Assembly: GCF_001194135.2 (NCBI RefSeq)
Contig: NC_068982.1
Span: 114,776,412 to 114,832,721, forward strand
Source: Octopus bimaculoides
Lineage: Eukaryota
DNA length: 56,310 nucleotides
Reading direction: 5' to 3'
Below, piece by piece: positions 48,173 through 56,310 of this stretch. The notes below the pieces were generated by a model. That model had not been told where the DNA came from. It made no database searches and saw nothing but the letters and a program-made list of their open reading frames with translations. Positions within the stretch are counted from its first letter, which is position 1. Every line of letters starts with the position of its first letter. The translations under genes were made by a program, and so were the position numbers.

Positions 48173-49074
48173 GGATCTTTCTGATTTGGCGGACACCATT
48201 TTTTATTTAGTATTTATTTAGTGTGTTTTCTACCGAAACACTTTAAAACTTCGTATACTTGTATATTTTGTCTTATAGAACAGAGAAAAAAAATTTATAT
48301 TCGAAGTTATTTCATGTTAAAAGTTGTCGTATTTCGGTAATTTCAACCAATCACTGACGTCTATTGAGGTGAAAACAATTACTGCTGTGGAATGTAAACA
48401 ACACGTTCTAACGATGTAATGGGATCTTTTCCCTTGAATAAAATTAGTGCCGTTGTTTGTCAACAATAACTATCGGCGGTACTGTTATTTATGACATCGT
48501 TCGTGCGTTTGTACTGGTTTTAGCTTTAGGATGTTAGGGTTGCCAAATTTGGTGAAAATCTGTTCAATACACCGCCACAAATTTTTCACCAAATNNNNNN
48601 NNNNNNNNNNNNNNNNNNNNNNNNNNNNNNNNNNNNNNNNNNNNNNNNNNNNNNNNNNNNNNNNNNNNNNNNNNNNNNNNNNNNNNNNNNNNNNAACTCT
48701 AAAACCCGAACCCTAACCCCCTAAAGATAAAATCAGTACAAACGCACGAACGATGTCATAAATAGCAGTACCGCCGATAGTTGTTGTTGACAAACAACGG
48801 CACTAATTTTATTCAAGGGAAAAGATCCCATTACACCGCTAGAACGTGTTGTTTACATTCCACAGCAGTAATTGTTTTCACCTCAATAGACGTCAGTGAT
48901 TGGTTGAAATTACCGAAATACGACAATTTTAACACGAAATAACTTTAAAAAGATAAAATTTTCTCAATAACACTAAGAGTAAAAGATGTTTTATATGACA
49001 CATTCTACCAGTGTCCTAAGTTTGAAAGTGTTTCGTTAAGAAAACAAGTGGCGCCCGCCAAATCAGAAAGATCC
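48173..49074. mobile_element. Second member of the Merlin-like foldback MITE family, with a 100-N gap in the centre
   Basis: TIRs ggatctttctgatttggcgg / ccgccaaatcagaaagatcc; subterminal sequence homologous to 6154-6753; ~220-bp internal inverted arms (48310-48530 / 48720-48945); no matching TSD. Confidence 0.85.
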
Positions 49075-51008
49075 AGTGATTGGAATTAGGAAGATAATCC
49101 AGCCATAAAACCATGACAAAATAAAATTTACAAATGAGAAATAGCCCTTCTGACATGTCCAGGAAGGCAGTAGTTCCAAATAAGAACTGGCTTAGATAAT
49201 TATGGCCCATCTAACCCTAAACGCATGTCATCTTGAAAAGTGGACTTAAAATGGTGATTTTCTCTCCAGTGTTGAACTGAATGAAGGCTTACATCACACT
49301 AATGAGCTACTGGAATAAGAATATTTTAAGTCGTGTGGAACCAGTCGTGACTATGTAGTTTTCAACCATGTGGTTTTGGTCTTGGGTTTTAGTCCTGCCA
49401 CATGGCACCTTAGGCAGATGTCTTCCTATATAGCCCTTGGTTGACCAATAGCTTGTGAATGAATTTGGTAGGCAGAAGCCTGTCTTGTAGGTATGTATGT
49501 GTAAATATCTATCAATGTTTACATTTTATCCTTCACATTGAAAAGCACTGAGCTACAAACTGGTGTTTGTTGACGTTCGTTTTCAACAAAATCGTCTACC
49601 AGATGTGTATATTTAAAGAAGAATGAAAAGAAAAATCTCTTACTTGAAAAGTAAGCGAAGGTTAGTGACCAGAAAAAGTGAAGGGTTAATGACCAGACTG
49701 CTGTAAAACGATCCCTCAGTAATGTGTATTTATGTAATCCATGCTTGTCTGCTAAAACTAATGTGAAACGAGTGTGTGTGCATGCATGCATGCGTGTGTG
49801 TGTGTAGGTAAGGGAGATAACTAATATGAGCTAGTCAAAATTTTTGGAAACTAAAGATGCAAAAAGGTATGGATCCTGTATTTAAAGCTATATGTAGGTA
49901 TGGTGGATCTCCATTGTTCAGTGATGAGGATCCAGGTGTTTGATTAAATGAATAACATGTGACTGAGTATTCTAACTCTCAAGCATAATCAATGTGACAG
50001 TGACAAGGCTGTAACTTCTGAATTACAGGGACAATCTCTACTACAGGCTTCTATACAGTTTCCATATAGTTTCACTAACTAGATGTGGGCCAACCAAGGC
50101 TAGAGAAATAACATTTTTCCAATATACCACAAATCGAATTGAACCTTGCAGTTATGACGTGAACTTCTTAACCAATTTGTCCATACTGCACTTATATTGT
50201 TCTCAATGCAAGATTCATATCCACTTGCCTCTTTATTTTCCAAAATTTTGGTTAGTCAGCATGAGCAATTATCTCTGTTTCTGTTGTGCTGTTTTAGAAT
50301 CTGCCACATACAAAAACTATCTTCCTAGTTAGCCTTCCTTTGGTATTGCTGCACCTCTTATGTGTCCATAGCTTACACTGGGTACATTTTATAGAGTTTC
50401 TACCTATACCTTTTTTACCGATCGAGCAGGGCCATCTACCTGAAGGGGGTTTGTGGTTTGTCTACCTTTATACTTATTAGGACTTTGGTTTCAGCTAGGT
50501 TGACTCTAAGGCTCTTCGATTCTAATCCTTGCTTCCACACCCGAAACTTCTCCTCTAGTTCTGATAGTGACTTAGCAATTAGTGCAAGATCATCAGCATA
50601 GAGGAGCTCCCAGGGGCATCCTGTCTTGAATTCCTCTGTTATTGCCTGGAGGACTATGATAAATAGGAGGAGGCTGAGGACTGAACCTTGGTGGACCCCT
50701 ACCTCTACCAGAATTCTTCACTGTACTCGCTGCCAACCCTCACCTTACTGACAGCGTCCCTGTACATGGCTCGCACAGCTCTCAGTAACCATTCATCTAT
50801 CCCTAGTTTCCTCATTGACCACCAGATAAGGGATCGGAGGTCCCTGTCAAAGGCTTTCTCCATGTCAACGAAAGCCAGGTACAGAGGTTTATCTTTGGCT
50901 AGGTATTTCTCCTACAGCTGCCTTACCAGACATATAGCATCAGTAGTGCTTTTCCCTGGCACGAATTCAAACTGCATCTCATCTAAGCTGACTCTCTCCC
51001 TAATTAGT

Positions 51009-51115
51009 TTGGAGCCTGGTGTTGCCATCCGGTTTCACCAGTCCTCAGTCAAATCGTCCAACCCATGCTAGCATGGAAAGCGGACGTTAAACGATGTTGA
51101 TGATGATGATGATGA
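51009..51115 (+). mobile_element. Young RTE tail fragment inserted antisense into the older LINE
   Basis: tggagcctggtgttgcc...ggacgttaaacgatgttgatgatg; LINE sequence resumes after loss of ~5 nt. Confidence 0.9.
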
Positions 51116-52754
51116 CCATCTCAGTGACCTTCATTACCTGGTCCAACAACTTGATAGCTCTGTAATTATTTGTGTCTAAAGCGTCACCTTTACCTCTATA
51201 GCAGTTGACTATGGTGCTGCTACACCAGTCATTGCGTATGACTCCTTCGTGTATCACCTGGTTAGCTATACGGGTGACTAGACTGTAGCTGACACTGCCA
51301 GAGATTTTGAGTATCTCTGCAGTGATTCCTGATGGGCCGGGAGCTTTCCCTGTCTTCATACTCTTGATTGCTTTATCTACCAAGGAACTGTCAATTAGGA
51401 TAGCTGGTCCCTCTGTTGGGTCGACATTTAGCAGACTCTCTTTCTCCCATTCATTCTCTTTATTAAGCAACCTTTCATAGTGGCGTCTCCAAACCTCTCT
51501 CTTTGCGCCTCATTTAATGCAAGTGAACCATCATCCATGCGGACACATTTCTCTCCTATGACATCACTATTCTCTCTCACACACTGTCTTGCAACACAAA
51601 ATACCTCAAGTCTTTGGTCCTCACGGCACAGAACATTGGCAAATTTTTTGTTATCTGCTTCCCCTCTGGCTAAATAAACCTCTCTCCTAGCTTCCCTTCT
51701 GGCAGTTTGATACAATTCCCTGCTACCACTGTTCTTCCAATCCTTCCAAGCCTGTTTCTTTTTTCTAATAGCCCTGTCAACCACGTTCCACCACCATGTT
51801 ACTTTGGGTTGAGAGGGGACTTTGCACCATCCACAGATCTGGTCAGTGGCTCTCAGCAGGTTGTCCCGTAGAAACCTCTAGTTTTCTTCCACATCCCCTT
51901 CTATTTCATCAAAGGCTTTGAGTAGCTTCCAGACCCTTCTCCTCCAGGCTGGTATACTTCTGGGCATCTATTTAGTCCTGATCCCGAAGTTGCTAACTAC
52001 TAATCTGTGTTGAGGGGTACATTCTTCGCCTGGGAAGGTTTTGGCATTTATAAGCCGTCCTCTTTCCCTTTTTCTTGCGAGGATGTAGTCAATTTGGCTA
52101 GTGTGTCTGCCAGAACGGTAGGTGACACGCAGGTTTCCTGATGTTGGTATTGCAAACTGTAAGATCATTTACATCACAGAACTCCAACAGTCTGATTCCC
52201 TCCTCATTTCGGGAACTAATGCCATATCCTACATGTACGCCATGAAAGCCCCCTGCATGTTGTCCAACATGTCCATTGAAATCGCCAGCCACAAAGAGAA
52301 GGTCCCTGTCATTTGTCAACGAGGTTGTCTGCAATAGGGTGTCATAAAATTAGTCTTTCTGCCCATCCAGTAGCCCCGGTTGAGGGGCATAGGCCGAGAT
52401 AACGGTAGCCAACCTAGTGTGAAGCACTAATCTAATCTTAAGTACTCTGTCACATACTCTGACTACCTCGATTACCTTATCAACTCATTTCTCAGCAAGA
52501 AGTATACCCATGCCCCTGACCCCGTCAGTGTTCTTTGCCCAGAAAATCTTGTACCTGTGTTCTTTGCCTGTGAGGAACCTAGCGGAACCTCCTCTCCACG
52601 TTACTTCTTCGATGCAGCACAAATCTACATGTCTCCATTCAAGCATCCCAACAGTCTCACCAGACCTACCTTTCAGTGTGCTGGCATTGAGTGTGCCAAC
52701 TCTGAGGGTGTGGGCGTGTGAGACCCTGGGATGAGGGACATCAGTGTCATGTAC

Positions 52755-52852
52755 CTGAAAAGAAAGCTTGCATTTGGCAGAATTCATAAACAAGCAATAG
52801 CCTACAACCTACATACACTACACTATTTTTATGTGCTATATGATCGATAAAC
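52755..52852 (-). other. Putative 98-nt phase-0 GT-AG intron inside the RTE ORF
   Basis: CCCAGG|gtttat...gctttcttttcag|GTACAT; AT-rich; in-frame stop if unspliced; removal joins two open Pro/His-rich frames. Confidence 0.5.
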
Positions 52853-53224
52853 CCTGGGTAGGGGTGGAGATGGCATTAGGCCCTTAGAAGTGTTCGCAGG
52901 AGACAACCAAGGATGACAGAGAATAGGAACTTCCGGTACTGGTGGAGGGGAATGGAAGGGCAGGCGTACCGCAAGCCAGCAAGTTTGGGCGAGAGCATCT
53001 TCTGCACTTGTATACTATGGTAGACAAATTCTGAGAGAATGAATTAACAAAATGATAAAACTTGAATAAAATAAGATAAAATAAATTAAATGTGTCGATT
53101 AACAGATATACATGAACTTAAGACAAACAAGGAAGACAAATCTATTGGGCTATGTTTACATGATAAAAAAATAGATAGATAATAAAGAACGAATGGGGTG
53201 GGGGATAGGGTTATGATCTACAAT

Positions 53225-53397
53225 ATACATATATACGACGGGCTTCTTTCAGTTTCCGACTACCAAGTCCACTCACAGGTTTTTGCTCGGCCTGAGGCTA
53301 TAGTAGAAGACACTTGCCCAAGATGACACGCAGTTGGACTGGACCCAGAACCATGTGGTTGGTAAGCAAGCTACTTACCACACAGCCACTCCTGTGC
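53225..53397 (-). mobile_element. Family A SINE, well preserved
   Basis: ggcacaggagtggctgtgtggtaagtagcttgcttaccaaccacatggttc...gaaagaagcccgtcgtat. Confidence 0.9.
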
Positions 53398-53625
53398 CAA
53401 TAAATGCGCCCTTTTAAAGCCTAGCCAGGCTCATGGGCCCGGTTTCCCAGTTTCAATGGTGTATGCATTCCCCAGCTGGACGGGACGCCAGTCCATCGCA
53501 GTGTTACTCATTTTTGCCAGCTGAATGGACTTGAGCAACGTGAAATGAAGTGTTTTGCTCAAGAACACAACGCGTCGCCCAGTCCAGGAATCGAAACCAC
53601 AATCTTACGATCATGGTGCTGACTA
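53398..53625 (-). mobile_element. Family C SINE (central gcgatggactggcgtcccgtccag, reminiscent of Nin/Deu-domain SINEs), directly upstream of the family A copy
   Basis: B-box-like ggtttcgattcc, body, tail gctttaaaagggcgcatttatt. Domain name is from memory. Confidence 0.8.
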
Positions 53626-54155
53626 GTTTTTACTTGGATTATGTAATTTTGAAGATTGAATTAATAATCAATTAGGATAATACGTAAATACTGTCATTTT
53701 CAAAATATGCGCATAAACTGAAAGAAATAATACTTCTATTCATGTCATATTGCAATTATTACAATAAATTGTCACTAGACATGTTTCTTTTGAAAGAATG
53801 AAAGTATTTCATTACAAAGTATTGAAAGAAAGATATATTGATAGTGTTTACATTCTACATGTCTTTTATATCCTTGTATACAGAAGGTTGATGGCAGTAA
53901 TTACATGTATTTGTCCATAAATTCAAAAGATCACTGCTGAGTTGGCTTCATGTTTTGTTAGGGTACATGAATTTTATTCGGTGCATTTTAGAGAGCAGTT
54001 ATAATAAATCTGAAGAAACACCTTTTTCAATACATCATGCTGTTGAAGAAATGTTGGTACATATTATACACAGAAGGTACTTTTTTTCCAAGGTTTCAAT
54101 GCCAAAAATAGAGATGAACACAGTATTCAAGTGTATATTATACACACACACACAC

Positions 54156-54196
<41 letters not shown>

Positions 54197-55099
54197 NNNN
54201 NNNNNNNNNNNNNNNNNNNNNNNNNNNNNNNNNNNNNNNNNNNNNNNNNNNNNNNNNNNNNNNNNNNNNNNNNNNNNNNNNNNNNNNNNNNNNNNNNNNN
54301 NNNNNNNNNNNNNNNNNNNNNNNNNNNNNNNNNNNNNNNNNNNNNNNNNNNNNNNNNNNNTTTATTAATCTGATGAAAAGCCAGTGTAGTATGCATTTTT
54401 TTTTTGTAGCCTTATAATAATAATAATGTTCTGTATTTATGTACATGCATGGGGATATTTTTGACTTTAGCAATAGTAAGTAACTCTTTTAACAAGTATT
54501 AGTAAATTTCCTGTGTAGCTTTAGTAAGAAGATAAACTATTTTTGTCTGTCTGTGAGCATATTGTGTATATAGATGTTATGTTTAATTTTGTACATAGTT
54601 GAAAACAATCTGTTTAACAAGTAGAGAATCTCTTAAATGATCTATACCTGTATTATTTAGAGGATGAAAGTTAGTTATTTTGGAATAAATTTTACACTTT
54701 CCAACTTGTCAGAAAAAAAAGGGCAAAATTGTAAAATTTTGACACAACCATGGGCAGAAGGACAAGTTTTTAAATAATATATTTTGGCATGTTTTGGTAG
54801 TTCACATTAAGTGATCTGGAAGACACTTGATACTTTATAACATAAACCTTGCACTTGTTTGTAGTTTGATTGTTACCTGTTTGGAGGGCAGTGGAATGGC
54901 AGATAAAATGCTTTGTGCTCTTAGGTTATCTTGTGAGTCCAGATCCTCCTACAGTTAGGTCCTTTTGGAGGCTATTAGTGCCAACCACATACTGGGATTT
55001 AATCAACTGTTCCTTCCCAAAAATCTATTGGTTTTATGCCTCTTAGAAATTCTTATTTATTATTAAATTGTATTCTATTGCCAGTCCTTCTCACTTTAG

Positions 55100-55139
55100 T
55101 CAGAAGAGGAAGGCTGACATATACCCAATTTAAACTGTC
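55100..55139 (+). CDS. Candidate 40-nt exon (one open frame RRGRLTYTQFKL)
   Basis: ccttctcactttag acceptor, GTC|gtaagt donor. Confidence 0.2.
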
Positions 55140-56310
55140 GTAAGTGATTGCGGACAGCTGTGTACAAGGAGGGGTTCCAGAGGATGATTGAGTAAACTGT
55201 TTAACCTGCTGAAGAATAACAGAAAGCTGTGAGAGATTCCATTGCTGGGGTTATGTGAAAGTGCAGAAGGACAGAGGCTGTTTATTCTCTCTCTCTCTCT
55301 CTCTCACATACACACACACACATGCTGACACCTGAATATTAGTGAATGTAAGTTTGTCTATGAAGCAGAAAGGCTTTTGTTGGATGCTGTCCAGGATGTG
55401 TTTCTTAAGTTCATAAGTTCGTTTTAGCCATCACAACGGAAGTCCTGATGTTTGATAGAGTAATCTGAAAGTTAAAGGGGTAAATTGAAATTTTCCATTG
55501 TAATGAAGTTAATTTTACCTAATCCATACAAATTCTTGATTATTTTAAAAATTAACTGAACATTGACAATGTTTTTCATTAGAAATATCATGAAAGTGTT
55601 AAGCTTTCTTCATCGTTATAAGTAAATGTGCATTTATCGACCCCTTGTATAGTCCCATCGAACACTTTGGAGGCCCCTGGTATATGCAATAAAACTAAAT
55701 ACAACTGGGCTCTATAAGTAAGGGACATAACTCTGGTGTATTGTATAAATTGAAATCTATTGGAACTGCTTTGTTACGTTTTGAAAATTTGGAAACAACT
55801 GTTTTGAAACTACATTGGAATAGAATTGGCATTCTTGGTCTGCAGATAAGGTATTGTCAAATATATAGAGTTACTATAAGGCAAATTAGCTAAGAGGGTC
55901 CTATACTAACTAGCTGGCCATGAGTTCAAATCTGCTGTAGAATTTTGATATGTCTCGCCTGAATGATATATCAAAGTGTACATGGGAGACTTATATTAAC
56001 TGACCATGTATATTAGTCAGTATAAACTGTTGTGTATGGTCCGATATATGTAAAGATAGTGTAGTCTTATATATATATATACATACATACATACATACAT
56101 ACATACGAGCGAACACATCTTACAATGAAGTAGAGAAATTTGAAAAGACAACACGAAACCGGTTATTTCTCCAAATACAATGTTTATATACCCAAAAAAT
56201 TTTATAACATTTTTCTGACATAATTTAAATATATACTTTAACCATGTAACACAAGCCTTCTGTAGTTGTTTCACTCTTATTATCTTATATATATATATAT
56301 ATATATATAT

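Larger units (their letters stand above)
50335..53010 (-). mobile_element. Decayed RTE LINE retaining its 5' coding region, 3'-truncated within the PHD finger
   Basis: LRVGTLNASTLKGRSGE, VAGDFNGHVG, HTSQIDYIL, MKTGKAPGPSG, AFVDMEKAFDR, GVHQGSVLS, ELLYADDL. Confidence 0.95.
10390..54360. other. Assembly gaps at 10390-10832, 11732-11741, 14559-14863, 22074-22592, 24434-25366, 48595-48694, 54197-54360
   Basis: Runs of N; most abut young repeats, microsatellites or palindromes. Confidence 0.99.

Noticed and set aside
52880-53010. HDV-like ribozyme at the RTE 5' end
   Set aside because: No nested double pseudoknot found by eye, and the copy appears truncated within coding sequence.
55205-55235. 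CTGAAGA...GAAA as another hammerhead
   Set aside because: No pairable helix I, II or III.

Overview
AT-rich, gapped, repeat-dense metazoan genomic DNA. The repeat families (RTE LINEs with (GAT)n tails, tRNA-derived SINEs, TA/CA microsatellites) most resemble an octopus assembly; this assignment is inference. There is no intact long host CDS. Most of the window is decayed transposon: several RTE LINE copies (two near full length, with a PHD finger fused behind the RT), a Penelope-like RT remnant, hammerhead-ribozyme-like motifs and inverted pLTR-like structures, an L1/Tx1-like ORF1, a Helitron, a mariner scrap, hAT- and Merlin-like MITEs, and many SINEs. Two CpG-retaining promoter-like zones are visible. 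One (~4.2-6.7 kb) holds the first coding exon of a leftward gene (MADLPGIISLLVLLY|gtaagt). The other (~35.7-39.6 kb) holds a rightward first exon, a leftward 57-aa small ORF and a C/EBP-ATF site cluster. The leading observations are an apparent spliceosomal intron inside an RTE ORF, minimal hammerhead ribozymes, a 65-bp hairpin with A-C mismatches, a local inverted templated insertion and the small ORF. Repeat boundaries are approximate and by eye; family names come from memory of motifs, not from a database search.
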